A DNA stretch of 37,071 bases from Dimorphilus gyrociliatus (taxonomy: Eukaryota > Animalia > Annelida). The notes under the pieces are model-generated. The model did not search any database, was not told the DNA's origin, and saw only the letters and a list, made by a program, of their open reading frames with translations. Position numbers and translations under genes: made by a program. Location: NCBI GenBank assembly GCA_904063045.1, contig CAJFCJ010000176.1, positions 1 through 37,071 of the forward strand, given 5' to 3'. Shown in pieces: positions 1 through 12,363 of this stretch (positions within the stretch are counted from its first letter, which is position 1; the number at the start of each line of letters is the position of its first letter).

Positions 1-228
1 CTTTCTTTGTGTAAAAATCCTTTCTTTTTGCACCTTTTTTTAAATAAAGTTTTCAAAAGTATGTTCTAAATTAGTAGTTTCTAAGAAAAGCTTTATTTCG
101 TATAATCTTTATTTCGAGATCGATGCTGTTTCATGAATTTCCTTCATCTTTTTTGTAATCATTAGCATTTTTATTTGATTAAAAGTTTTGTGTGTGAGTT
201 TGATATACTTTCTGTTTTGATTTTGCAT
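1..228 (-). pseudogene. N-terminal HTH fragment of a Tc1/IS630-like transposase, running off the left edge
   Basis: ATG at 228 with a CCC motif upstream (GGG 234-236 on +). Reads MQNQNRKYIKLTHKTFNQIKMLMITKKMKEIHETASISK*RLYEIK, loosely like the N-terminus at 16273. Lies inside the old long-TIR copy ending at 6012. Confidence 0.4.
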
Positions 229-1531
229 TATAAGGGATAATCTAATTTTTTTTATTGTACTAATAAAAAGGTCAAAAAATATATACAGTGGTGTGCAAAA
301 AAAATGGGCCACCACTTTTTTTATAAATATAAGCCATATAAGACTGTTTTAGAAATGAAATGTAATAAGTGTTTTTACTAATTAATAAACTATTAAATAT
401 TTATATAACTGTTTTTTCTTAAAACTTTTTTTTGTTTATTTTTAGTTAAATTGAAAAAACTAGTGTTCAAAAAAAATGGGCCACTTGAAAGTTTCCCTCC
501 ATTTTGACTTATAAAGTGTATTTTTTTCTTGCCCTATGTCTAAACATCTCAGTAATCTAGAAAAGGCCCTGATAATTGAAGATTTAAGAAATGGAATGAC
601 ATGCAACTCTATTTCTATTAAAAGAAATACTGGGAGATATATGGTACAAAGAATAGCTGAACTATATAGAATAGGATCTCCCATAAGCCGAAAATATGGC
701 TCTGAAGAAAATCTATCCTCTGTAATACTATTAAAGACTTCATTAGACGTAAACACCAAGAAAATCCTTTTATAACATCACTAGAAATAACAAAAAAGAT
801 AATTCAAGAATTCGATATCACAATATTCAGATCATCTGGATCAAGAACACTTAAAAGTATAGGGTTACTAACTGATATAGCAATATAGAAGCCTTTATTA
901 AAACCAAAAAATATCAAAAAAGATTCGAGTTATCAGAAAAGTTTTTAGGCATGTCTAATGAAGCTTTAAAGACTATTATTTTTTCAGATGAAGTTAAATT
1001 TAATCTTTTTAGTAGTGATGGAGCAAGATATGTAAGGTATTAAAAAGTTAAAAACACCATAGTAAGAATATTATTCCTATAGTTAAACATGGAGGTGGAA
1101 ACATTATGGTATGGGGTGCAATATCATATAGAAGGCACTGGTGAGTTAGTTTTATTGAGGATACAATGACCGGGGCTGCATATAAACAAGTTTTAGCTCA
1201 AAATCTTTGTTCCTCCGCATCTAAAATGGGACTTATTCAGTTTATTTTCCAACATGACAATGATCCAAAGCACACATCTAAGCTTGTAACCCAATGGCAG
1301 CGGAAGAAGGTATCGAAACACTAGAATGACTTGCTCAAAGCCCTGATTTAAATCCAATAGAGCATATATGGGGCGTATATAAAGAGCTGCTTGAAGAAAA
1401 AAGGAAAACTAAAGAAAAGAGGGGGCTTGTATATTTTAAGGTCTACATTTTTAATATAAAATTTTTTGATGTAGACCATATAATATACAAAAGCAAAAAT
1501 TTTTTATAAAATTATTTTAACCCTTCCTAAA

Positions 1532-2411
1532 ATGATATCATCTAATATTTTTGATAATTTAGAGGCATTAATGGACTTTTTAGTTGAAAATAACATCGTC
1601 AACTCTCAGGGCGTATGTCCTGTTTGTACTAACACAACAGAGTTGAAAATTTATAAACAACTCAACAAAAGGAGGCTGATATTTAGATGCATAGGAAGAG
1701 GATGCCAGAAAAAGACTCCGATAATTAAAACAAAACTGTGTATGATAAAGTATGTAAGTTTGTTATACTATATAATCTCAGGTTGCAGTTATTGGCAGTT
1801 AAATATTTGGTTCGGAGTCACAAATGTAACTATCTCAAAGCTCAAAACACAGTTGAGATTTTGTTATTCTATATTCTTAGACCAAAATCCTATTTTTCTC
1901 GATAGAATTAATAAAAAACATACAGGCTGATGAGACTGTTTTATCCATAGGGGGCATTATCATGAACCCAACTTCCACATCCGATAACACTACTGATACA
2001 GTCTGGATTTTGGGAGTAGTTGAGCACACTGATCGGAGAAAATTCTTTCTAAAGAGAATTCCTAATAGGCGAGTAAATACACTTTCTAATTATTTAGAGG
2101 GTATAATAAGAGTTGGAAGTGTATTGTGTACTGATGGATATCCATCTTATCCATCTGTTTGTGTTAATTTAGCACTAACACATAGAGTTGTAAACCATAT
2201 TGATGAGTTTGTAGCGATAGATGGTACTCATACTAATAACATCGAGGCCTTTTGGTCTCATTTAAAAGCTTCTATGGGGAAAGAAAACGGAGTTAAAAGA
2301 GAAAAAATCGATGCATGGATTGATGAATATACCTTTAAAAGAAGATATGTTGTTGGTATGTCTAGAGAGGAATTTTATGAATTTTTATTTTTATTCTTAG
2401 AATTTATTTAA
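1532..2411 (+). pseudogene. Merlin (IS1595-like) DDE transposase with a single frameshift
   Basis: N-terminal CPVC...C Zn ribbon; motifs QADET, CTDG, HTNNIEAFW. The only lesion seen is one extra A in the run at ~1913-1918. Confidence 0.93.
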
Positions 2412-2519
2412 GAAACTTAACATTTAATTAAAATTATAGTAAAATTCATTTAATTATTGAAATTTTTTCTAAAAATTTTTATCCAAGGTAGAGTACCCTT
2501 ATATGTAGACCTTATAATA

Positions 2520-3940
2520 CAGTGAGGAACAAAAAAATGGGACACCCTAAAAAATGAGTTACAAAAAAGGGTGATAGTGTAAAATAGCTATGTAGTCTTT
2601 TATTAATTAAATAAAAATTTTACAATTCATTATTTTTAAGGTCATATTTTTGTTGGGATTTGATGTATTTTGTAAAAAAGAGGGATAAAAAAATGGGACA
2701 CTTATTAAACAGTTATAAAATGAGGTAAAAATTTCATAAAATACCTTAAAACTTATACCCTATGGCAAAACATATTAGTAAAATAGAGATAGGGGAGGTT
2801 TTAGGATTAAGGAAGGCAAAGTATTCTACCAGAAAAATCTCAGAGATAATGCGAATAAGTAAATCAACTATAGGAAGAATTGTAAAAAAAATCAAGGATA
2901 ATGAAGATATATTTAGAAAAAAAGGTTCTGGTAGACGCCTATCGCTCGATAGCGACCAAATAGATGTTTTACAAAAAATATCAGAAGAAAATCCAAGGTT
3001 AGTAGGAAGTCAATTAGCCAGAAAGCTTGAGGAAAAAGCTAATATTCATGTATAAAAAAAACGGTTATACGATATTTAAAGAGTAGAGAAATATATGCTA
3101 GAATAGCACGGAGAAAGCCTTTCTTATCTCGTCTTCATAGACTGCAAAGACTAAATTTCTAAAAAAGATTTTATTCAATAGTGATAAAAGCAAATTTTGC
3201 TTATCTAATAGCGATAAAGGAGTTATAGTGTATAGAAAAATAAATTCTGAGTACCATGATGCAAATACAGTAAAACTGTAAAATTTGGTGGAGGTGGTGT
3301 AATGGTGTGGGGCTATATTAGCTATAAGGTGTAAGTGAGTTAACTTTCATTGAAGGAACAATGAACTCCATTAAGTATATTAGCCTATTATCGAATATTT
3401 TTGAGTTAGAAAGAACCAAACGCTGATAAAAGACCATATCTTCCAACAAGATAACGCTCCATGTCATAAATCAAAGCTAACAATGGAGTTTTCGCCGAAA
3501 AGAACATTAAATCATTAGAATGGCCAGCCCAAAGCCCGGATTTGAACCCAATAGAACACGTATGGGGGTATAGAACATTAGCTAAAAAAATACAGATAAA
3601 ATCAATCAATCAACTAAAAGAGGAAATAACCCAAATATGGAAAAATATACCATTAGCATATATAAGAAAGGCTATTGATAGTATGCCAAGAAGAGCAGAA
3701 GCTGTATTTAAGATGAAAGGAGGTCATACTAAGTATTAAATCGAATTTTTTAATATGTGTCCCATTTTTTGTCCCTGTTTTTTACAAAATTCATCAAATC
3801 CTAACAAAAATATGATCTTAAAATAATGAATTATACAAATTTTTTATTTAATTAATAAAAGACTACATAGCTATTTTATATTTTAGCTATACTTTTTTTA
3901 ACTCATTTTTTAGGATGTCCCATTTTTTTGTCCCTCACTG
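2520..3940 (+). mobile_element. Tc1-like element B, copy 1 (defective, 1421 bp)
   Basis: TA|CAGTGAGGAAC...GTCCCTCACTG|TA. ~190-bp IR-DR TIRs with AAAAAAATGGGACAC repeats. Near-identical copy at 25207-26628. Confidence 0.95.
2762..3739 (+). pseudogene. Tc1 transposase of element B copy 1
   Basis: HTH with GSGRR; SDKSKF (SDESKF in copy 2), [40 protein letters not shown]. Several frameshifts and deletions. Confidence 0.93.
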
Positions 3941-4726
3941 TATACAAGCCCCGAAAGGAGAGTTAAAAGAAGAAATACTTAAAATATGGAACTCTATTAC
4001 TCCGGAAATGCTGCAACCATATATAATGAGGTTTCATAAAAGGGGGTGGCTATATATAATGCTAAAGGAAGACATACGGATTATTGAATCCTAGTGCCCT
4101 ATTTTTTTTGAACACTAGTTTTTTTTTCAATTTAACTAAACCTAACCGAAACAAAGTTTTTAAGAAAAAACAGTTATATAAATATTTGATAGTTTATTAA
4201 TTAGTAAAAACACTTATTACACTTCGTTTCTAAAACAGTCTTATATGGCTTATATTTATAAAAAAAGTGGTGGCCCATTTTTTTGCACACCACTGTATAT
4301 TTTTGTTTAAAAAAACTCCATTTAATTTTGAGAATACGCCATTTCTTAATGAGACCTGTGTAATGTCAACTTTTTAAATACTAAAAAATTATAGTGTTAC
4401 TAAAAAAAAAATAAATTTTCCTTGAAAGTATAATACATTCATATATAAATCATAGCAACCGTTATCTTTTTTAATAATGAATACACAAATTAAAGTTTAA
4501 AAAATATTTAAAACCATAATATTTGTAAAATTTTCTTTAAGATACTACATGCGAAAAAGTAAACCTCCTAAAATTGGATTATAAAGGCTATGTAAATCAG
4601 TATTGAGTTTCGCAAACTTACAAAGTGTAAATTCTATATTTTTCTTATTTTTTTAACAATTAAATCACTACTTTTTAACCAATATCCATATAATCTTAAA
4701 AAAGTTACGTTTATGAAATAAGAAAG

Positions 4727-5869
4727 GGGACCATGGAACTTAGGTTCCCCTTCGATCAAAAATTGATTTTTTTTTTGGAAATATGGAGAAATTGAAAAGA
4801 AGAGGGAATAAAAATAAAATTTAAAAAAAGTTTTTTTACAACATTTCTAAAGTATTATTTTAGCTCATTTTAATTAAAAATTATTGAGATTAGTTTCAGA
4901 AACGCCTCTTTTTAATATTTTTCTTAAATAGTCATCTGGAAATAACAAAATTAAAATTATTATGTATGTTTATACAATTAGTCGAATATACTTTTTTATA
5001 ACACCCCATGTGTTTTCTATTGACTGTGTATTCGCACCAGTATATGGATCTATAAATTCTCGATCATGATTAACGGTGTCTTCTATATATTATAGCACCT
5101 CTAGTTTTATGTATCCAGGTCACTAGTCAGTATAAATAATGCTGTCTCTATATAAATCCTTTGTAGTTACATAATTAATTTCTTTTTTTCTATCAGTTAC
5201 CACAAGAAAAAGTGTTTTCTTCGTATGGATATCAATACCATCAATCACCCACTTTTTTCTAAGAAGTCGACCTACATTATACTTTCTTTTGGAAAGCATA
5301 CTTTCCTTTATATGTACTACATGAACTGGACCTCCTATCATCTCGTTTTCACATTATCATAAATGAATAAATTTTTTTGTCTATTTCTTAAGTCCATTTA
5401 CATACATATTTTAGGAAAAATCCCGAGTTCATTTGCTAATTCATTTTTATTTAGTCTTGTTTGCATATAAACATAAAGAAAGTCTATGAATATATTACTT
5501 TTGCATTTTGAATTTTTTAATGTTATTTTCATATAATGAGATTGCACTTTTAAATAAAGTACACTTATCGCTGTAGAAAGTGTTATATTGTATGATTATA
5601 GCTTTTTTCGATACATTTAGTACATATATTACATCTACTACTAAACCCCATATCTGACATAAATTCGATACATTACTTCTTATTAGAAGTTGCTACAACC
5701 AATTCTCTATACGCCACATTTTAGAGGAAAATAAAATTTGTTTTAAGAATGACTATATTATAGTAATATTGTAATTTTTTAAATTCAATTTTTATCGCCA
5801 TCTCTTCAATTTCTCAATATTTCCAAAAAATCAATTTTTGATCGAAGCGATCTTAAGCTCCATCTTACC
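4727..5869 (-). mobile_element. Degenerate Merlin element
   Basis: ~70-bp imperfect TIRs sharing TTCGATCAAAAATTGATTTTTT...GGAAATA. TSD TAAGAAAG (4719-4726) / TAAAAAAG (5870-5877). Confidence 0.82.
4900..5760 (-). pseudogene. Decayed Merlin transposase
   Basis: ORF 5123-5341 reads IGGPVHVVHIKESMLSKRKYNVGR...IIYTD. Boundaries are approximate. Confidence 0.8.
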
Positions 5870-6760
5870 TAAAAAAGGCTATCTTTTTTGTTATTAGAAA
5901 AGAATGAATTTTTTCCATAGAGAATATTTTTATTTGAAAAAACACCTAACTTACTATTATGTAAAACTACTTTATATTGGGGGCAATGTAACATTTTAAA
6001 TGTTACAGACTGTATAATTTTTGTATATTTATCTTAAATAATGTATTTAATTGTGTTGATATGATCTTAATTGTAAAAATATGTTTTAAAATTTCAACAA
6101 TTTTTTGTCTCATGCCAAAAGTTTTTAATATTGATAATTCTACTGAAAAAGATCAGTTAATTACTTACAGTCTGTAACATTTGAAATGTTACATTGCTCC
6201 CAATATAAAGTAGTTTTAAATAAAAGTAAGTTAGGTGTTTTTTCAAATAAAAATATTCTCTATGGAAAAAGTTATTCCTTTCTGACAAGACGCTAATTTG
6301 GCCTTTTTATTTCCTAAAAATACATTTTGTAACACTAAAATATTATATTGCCCTGGAAAAAGGTGATTTTATTATTAAAAAATTAAATTAAAACATATAA
6401 TTATCACTTAATAGTCTGATAAGGTTTATACTGATTTTCAAAAATTTTATTATTCAATATTAGGCACTTCTTCCTTTTTCGTATGTTGTATCCTAAATGA
6501 TTAAATAAAGGTCTATTTAAAATTTTACAAAGCTCTTATATGTGTTTTCAATTTTTAAAAATATACTTTCAAAAAAGATGAACGGTGATTTGATTGATTT
6601 ATCAATGTATTATACTTTTAAGGAAAATTTACAATTTTTTTTTAAGTATAACAATATTTTTTCAGTACTTTAAAATTTCACATTTTGATGACTTATTAGC
6701 GAATATAAAAGTTTAACATCATATAATAAAAATTATACCTGGTTATAAAATTTGACCCTT

Positions 6761-7768
6761 ATGAAGCGACATCTAACAGCAACTGAAAAGACTGAAATTA
6801 ACATTCTTGCATCAGAAAATATTGGAATCAACAAATTAGCTACACAATACAAGGTATCTCGAATGACAATTTGGAGAGTAGTAAACAAAGAGAATAATGA
6901 CCAAAATTCGACTAGTAATGAAAGGGGAAGATTAATAAGCGGGGATATTGAAGCAGAAGTCATAAGAACTATCAAACTGTCACCAGACACCTCACTTAGA
7001 AAGCTAGCAATATTTTTACAGGACAAGTTTAAGATGAAAATATCACATACAACTATAAAAAGATACTTAAATGACATTGGCATAGCTGCATATTCACCAA
7101 TTAAAAAGCCAATGCTTAAACCTGTCCATATACAAAGGCGATAAGAATTATCAAAAAAAATTTTTTTACGTGGATTAATGAACTTAAAAAGATTTTCTTT
7201 ACAGATGAAAGTAAATTTAATTTAATTCATTCCGATGGAAGAGTAAAGGTATGGAGGGAAAAAGGTAAAGGATACGAGAAGAAGTATTTACGTGAAACAT
7301 TAAAGTTCAATGGAGGAAATGTTATGGTATGGGGCTGCTTTTCGTATAAAGGTGTTGGTAGAATAAAAATAATTGATAAAAGAATGACAGCAATAGATTA
7401 TATTGAAATCTTAAGGGACGAATTAATACCATCAGTAAAAAATAAATAGGGGAAGATACACCTATTTTATTCCATGATAATGATCCTAAGCTCACAGTTA
7501 GGATAACCAAAGAGTTTTTAGGAACTCAAAACATCAAAGTACTACCCTGGCCTTCACAATCTCCAGATCTTAATCCAATCAAGAATTTATGGGAATTTGT
7601 CAAGTATGAGGTATAAAAGTACCAACCAAGAAATATAGCTGAATTAAAAAATACCATTATTCATGTATGGCACACTGTACCAATAGAACTTTGTGAAAAA
7701 TCAGTTTTATCTTTTAAAAGAGAGTTTATGAGTGTATTAAAAACAATGGAAATGTACTCAAATACTAA
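6761..7768 (+). pseudogene. Tc1 transposase of element C
   Basis: Motifs [44 protein letters not shown]. Contains stops and frameshifts. Confidence 0.92.
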
Positions 7769-7889
7769 TTAAATTTTATAACCAAGTATAATTTTTTTAT
7801 ATGATTTTATACTTTTATATTAGCTAATAAGTCATCAAAATGTGAAATTTTAAAGTACTGAAAAAATATTGTTATACTTAAAAAAAAAT

Positions 7890-9000
7890 GGTGCATGGGT
7901 ATTATAAGAGCATTTAGAAATTTTATGAAAAAATCAAATTTTTTATAATTATGAGACCTTCACAAAAATATATAATAGATCCTTTTTTAATGTATGATAA
8001 AGAAGAAACAAGAGATATTATATTCTATGCAAACTACTTATACAGTAGATTAGAGGATGAAAAGTCAACTAACGAGTTCTTGGCAAGTGTTGGATTAATT
8101 GATAATAAAAAAGATTGTCCTTCATGTAAAACACCTATGAATTATGTTAAATCAGCTAAAGATATTGATAAATATAATTGGAAATGTATATGTAATAAAA
8201 AAATAAGTATAAGAAGCTCAAGTCATTTCTCAGGAAGTAGGTTGAAGCTATCAACAATTATAAAAATTTTATACAAAGTCGCAGATGGAAATGAAATTCT
8301 AAATATTTCAAATATTTAATGGTAAATAGAAAAGTAGTTTTGGTTAGGTTAGGTTATTTAGGGAGGCAAGTGCAGAATATATAATAGATAACAATGAAAT
8401 GCTAGGAGGAATAAATGAAGATGGAAAGCCAATAACCGTAGAGATAGATGAAAGCTTATTTTTTAGGCGTAAATATAATAGGGGAAGGATAATAGATGGA
8501 ACATGGTATGTAGCAGGTATAGAGAGAGGATCTAATAAGTGCTTTATCATACCAACTATTCGTAGAAATAAAGTTGCAATGAAAGAAATTATTGATAGTC
8601 ATATACTTCCGGGAACTAACATTGTTACCGATGAATGGAAAGCATACAAGGCGGCTATAAAAGAGCTTAATATCGAGAATGGTATCATATTTGCCCACGA
8701 CCGTATAAACCATACTTACTTCTTTGTTGACCCTAGAGATCCAAGAATTCACACGCAAACCATTGAAGGATTTTTTTCAAGATCAAAATATTATCTTAGG
8801 AAAAAAATGGTATTAATAAAAATGAACAATATTTGTATTTATTAGAATTTTTGTGGATACAAAAGGTAAAGAAAGGAAAAGATTTAATGAGATTTTAATA
8901 CTATTAAAATGTTAATTTTTAATAAAGTTATTTATTTATTTTTTTTAAAGGAGAGGGGTGCTTATAAAATTTCTAAATGCTCTTATAATACTCATGCACC
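7890..9000 (+). mobile_element. Merlin element (1111 bp)
   Basis: 37-bp TIR GGTGCATG(G/A)GTATTATAAGAGCATTTAGAAATTTTAT. Perfect TSD AAAAAAAT (7882-7889, 9001-9008). Confidence 0.95.
7951..8915 (+). pseudogene. Merlin transposase
   Basis: CPSC...CIC; VEIDESLFFRRKYNRGR; VTDEWKAY; HTQTIEGFFS. Confidence 0.93.
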
Positions 9001-10683
9001 AAAAAAATTGTAAATTTTCCTTAAAAGTATAATACATTGATAAATCAATCAAATCCCCCTTTATCTTTTTTGAAAGTATATTTTTAAAAATTGAAAACAC
9101 ATATAAGAGCTTTGTAAAATTTTAAATAGACCTTTATTTAATTATTTAGGATACAACATACGAAAAAGGAAGAAGTGCCTAATATTGAATTATAAAATTT
9201 TTGAAAATCAGTATAAACCTTATCAGACTAGTAAGTGATAATTATATGTTTTACTTTAATTTTTTAATAATAAAATCACCTTTTTTCAGGGCAATATAAC
9301 ATTTTAGTGTTACAAAATGTATTTTTAGGAAATAAAAAAGGCCAAATTAGCGTCTTGTCAGAAAGGAATAACTTTTTCCAAAAGAGAATTTCTTGATTTG
9401 AAAAAGCATCTAACTTACTATTATGTAAAACTACTTTATATTGGGAGCAATGTAAGATTTTAAATGTTACAGAATGTATTTAAGAAATATGGTATTATCC
9501 TAATGGGCATTAAACGCCAAGTCACGGCAGTTTCTAATAAAAACAATGAGTTATATTTAAAGAAAGGATGAGAAATTAGAAGTATATATCGGTCTATGAC
9601 GAGGAGGGGAGAAACACTATAATCAAACAATTTCATTCGCCTGGGCATGTTTGTTCTAGAAAATGTAGCAGAATATAGAAGCTCATTATCCTAATATTAC
9701 GAAGTTACATATAAAAAATTACATTTCATCGTGTGAAAGATGCCAGAGAGTATTCCCTATATCTAATATAGCACCAATTAGAACTATAGTTGTATATAGT
9801 GTGCATGAAAGATTAAAAGCTGATTCAACTAATGTATCTAAATATGAAGAGTTTAATGAGGGATACAAATACATACTTAATTTAATAGATTGTTTTACAA
9901 AATACGTATTTACCTACAAACTAAAAAATAAAGAAGCCTTAATAGTATGCAATATTTTTACAAATCTATTTGGAATTGAAAAACACTAGATTTTTGTACT
10001 ATATACAGACGATGGTCGTGATTCTATCGATAATAATGTGATTAGTTATGTAATAAATATAATATATTTCACATAACAGGGAACCCAAGACATCATCGAT
10101 CTTACAGTGTAATAGAGCGGGCAATAGGACTCTAAAGAAAAGGGGAAGAAAAGAAACAAAAAAGTTGGGTGAGTGATTTGATTATAATATATATCAAGGT
10201 ATGGATAGAGTATATATTGCTACGATCTTTAAACATTTAGTGTTGTTCAGAGGAATGGATCCGAACAATGTTGAACTATACAGTACGAGTTTTCTACAGT
10301 TAGCAAGAGATAGATACATAAATTATGTTAGACGATATACTGAAGAACATACTAAACACCTTAGCGATAACAGGAAATTAAACGCAAGAAAGGACGTTTA
10401 TTCTTGCGTAAGATTTTTATATGAGTATTAACACAAGTGCCACTCTTCAGTTTCAATATATTATGGGATAGTTTCTACCTGTGTATTGATACTTCTAATA
10501 ATAATTTCATTGTTAAAGACAAATTATAAAATCGGTCTCTCATAGATAAATACTTTTTAAAAATTTTAGAGGCTTAATACTTAAAAGTGTTTATTAAGAA
10601 ATTTTATATTAAATTATTAGGAATTTTTATGGTAATTTGGTAGGGCATTTATTCATCTAGGGGAATGATTCGTTTTAAAGATA

Positions 10684-10712
10684 CAGTCTATAACAAAAAA
10701 TGTTATATTGTT
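10684..10712 (+). repeat. Degenerate outer end related to the element C TIR
   Basis: TA|CAGTCTATAACAAAAAATGTTATATTG versus TA|CAGTCTGTAACATTTGAAATGTTACATTG at 6168. Confidence 0.5.
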
Positions 10713-10930
10713 TTTTTACCAACGAATTTTTTGATAAAAAAATTGAATATATTTGGGGGGTTTACATAAATATACCTATCTATTTTACCGACAACTTTTA
10801 ACATACACTGCTAGAACACAGAAAGGCAAATTTGATTTTCGAAAATTGCTACAAAAGAATGATACAAATTGAAAAACTTATATTTTGGTAAAATGTGGAA
10901 TAAAAGTACAATATACTAATTAAAATTTTC

Positions 10931-12053
10931 GGTTTATGTAAAGAATAGTGTGGGGTGCCAATTCAAAGCACCTACTCTTAAATTAAATGGTTTTCATAAA
11001 AAACTCAAATTATATAATACCTGAGCCAGAAATCTTCATCTTTTCTGAAATGAGATCATTGAATCTACGAGGTGATTATTTCGAAAACATAAATGATAAA
11101 AAATAATTACTTGACTTTATGGCTAGATATCGATTAATAAATAACAAGCAAAAGTGCCCTGGGTGTAGAATTTCTATGTTTTTACACGAAGAAATAAATT
11201 AATTGATGGATTTAGGTTTGTTTGTAGACTATGCAAAACAAAGCAGTCTGTTATGTATGGAAATTTTTTTGATTAATTGTAAATTATAATTCAAAATTGC
11301 ACTTAAAATCATCATAAAGTCAATTTATGGAGTTCAAAAGTCTGTGATAGATTTCGATCCATTTATTTCTGACCTACTATAAGCAAATAGGAGAAAATGC
11401 TTCTCGAAGCGATAGCATATCACATGGGACAAACTACTGAGCCTATTGCTGTAGTTAATGAAAACGGAGAAAGTAAATTTATTGGGATGGATGAAAATCT
11501 ATTTTCAACAAAAAAGTATAATAGAGGTAGACTACTGGAGCAGAGGTGGTATGTAGGTGGTATAGAGCGCGATATTACTAACATTTTTGTAGTAGAAGTC
11601 CTAGATAAAAGAGGTCAGATAAATAAAAACATAATATTACAAAATATTCTTCCTGACACAAAAACAATCATAGATAAATGAAGAGTATATAGTAATACCT
11701 ATCTCAGTTGAGTGATGAATACACCATTATAGTATTAATTAAGATAGATATTTCATGAGTTCAAATGATCTTGAGATCCGTACTCAAAATATAGAGTGCC
11801 TATGGAATGTTACCAAAAGACATATAAGAAGGAAAACTAATTGCAAAGATCTGCAATTCTTTTATTTATTGGAGTTTATATGATTTAAAAGGTTTGAAAG
11901 GGGCAAAAGATTAAATGAGATATTTATTCTATTCTCAAGTAAGGGATATGACAATGATTTAATTGAAATAAGTTAATAAAAAATTTATTTATTTTTTATA
12001 AAATTTTTAAAAGTTTATGAATTTTTAAAAAAACACTAATCTTTACATGAGCC
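10931..12053 (+). mobile_element. Merlin element
   Basis: TIR GG(T/C)T(T/C)ATGTAAAGA(A/T)TAGTGT. TSD AAATTTTC (10923-10930) / AATTTTTC (12054-12061). Confidence 0.88.
10987..11942 (+). pseudogene. Decayed Merlin transposase
   Basis: CPGC...CRLC; GMDENLFSTKKYNRGR; IIDK*; TQNIECLW. Confidence 0.88.
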
Positions 12054-12363
12054 AATTTTTCTTTTATGCTGAGATGAAAACAAGGTTATAAATTTATAAT
12101 ATGAATAATAACCATTTTAGGTTAAATTGATTATGAATAAAATGGAAGGTCTATTATGAGAACTCAACTTCTTTGAATTTAAAATTTGAATTATATTTTT
12201 TATCACATAAAATAACATAATCTAAATATACTGATAATTTTTCAAAATATTAAAAAGAACATATTTTACTTTTTAGAAAAATTGAATTGATAAAAATAAT
12301 ACAAAATAGGAAGGAGTATGAGTTTTCAAAGTATAATAAAAAATGGACATATCGCATATTTTA

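Larger units (their letters stand above)
1422..3952 (+). mobile_element. Merlin element with its right TIR interrupted by Tc1 B
   Basis: 27-bp TIR GGGGCTTGTATATT(T/A)TAAGGTCTACAT, reconstructed after removing 2520-3940. 8-bp TSD GAAAAGAG (1414-1421) / GAAAGGAG (3953-3960). Confidence 0.92.
536..4087 (+). pseudogene. Tc1 transposase of element A, split (536-1421 and 3961-4087) and frameshifted
   Basis: Motifs IFSDEVKF, KHGGG, FQHDNDPKHTS, SPDLNPIEH. The C-terminus ELKEEILKIW...GRHTDY* resumes after the Merlin TSD. Confidence 0.93.
286..4295 (+). mobile_element. Tc1-like element A (IR-DR type) hosting a nested Merlin and Tc1
   Basis: TA|CAGTGGTGTGCAAAA at 286 and TTTTGCACACCACTG|TA at 4295. 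~200-bp TIRs (286-485, 4093-4295), with outer and inner CAAAAAAAATGGGCCAC repeats in the left arm. Confidence 0.95.
4340..6012. repeat. Old diverged copy of the long TIR of the 6168-9476 Tc1 family, interrupted by Merlin 4727-5869
   Basis: 4400-4726 plus 5878-6012 aligns by eye with 9005-9476 and ends ...ATGTTACAGACTG|TA at 6012. Confidence 0.75.
6168..9476 (+). mobile_element. Tc1-like element C with ~586-bp TIRs; right TIR interrupted by a Merlin
   Basis: TA|CAGTCTGTAACATTTGAAATGTTACA at 6168 and ...TGTTACAGAATG|TA at 9476. 6168-6753 matches the reverse complement of 7771-7889 joined to 9009-9476. Confidence 0.93.
6112..10431 (+). pseudogene. Stand-alone rve integrase (Ginger-like), split by Tc1 6168-9476
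   Basis: MPKVFNIDNSTEKDQLIT|YLRN is in frame across the TA. Then an H-x3-H...C-x2-C Zn finger (FHSPGH...HYPNIT...CERCQ), YKYILNLIDCFTKY, YTDDG and IERA. No RT or RNase H upstream. Confidence 0.72.

Noticed and set aside
8342-8362. TTAGG telomere-like seed
   Set aside because: Only 2-3 units inside Merlin coding sequence; more likely local slippage.
9480-10431. Polinton/Maverick element
   Set aside because: The integrase motif is similar, but no protein-primed polymerase, packaging ATPase, protease or capsid is visible.
6001-10695. TGT...ACA termini for the integrase element
   Set aside because: Both motifs are better explained as tips of the long-TIR Tc1 family.
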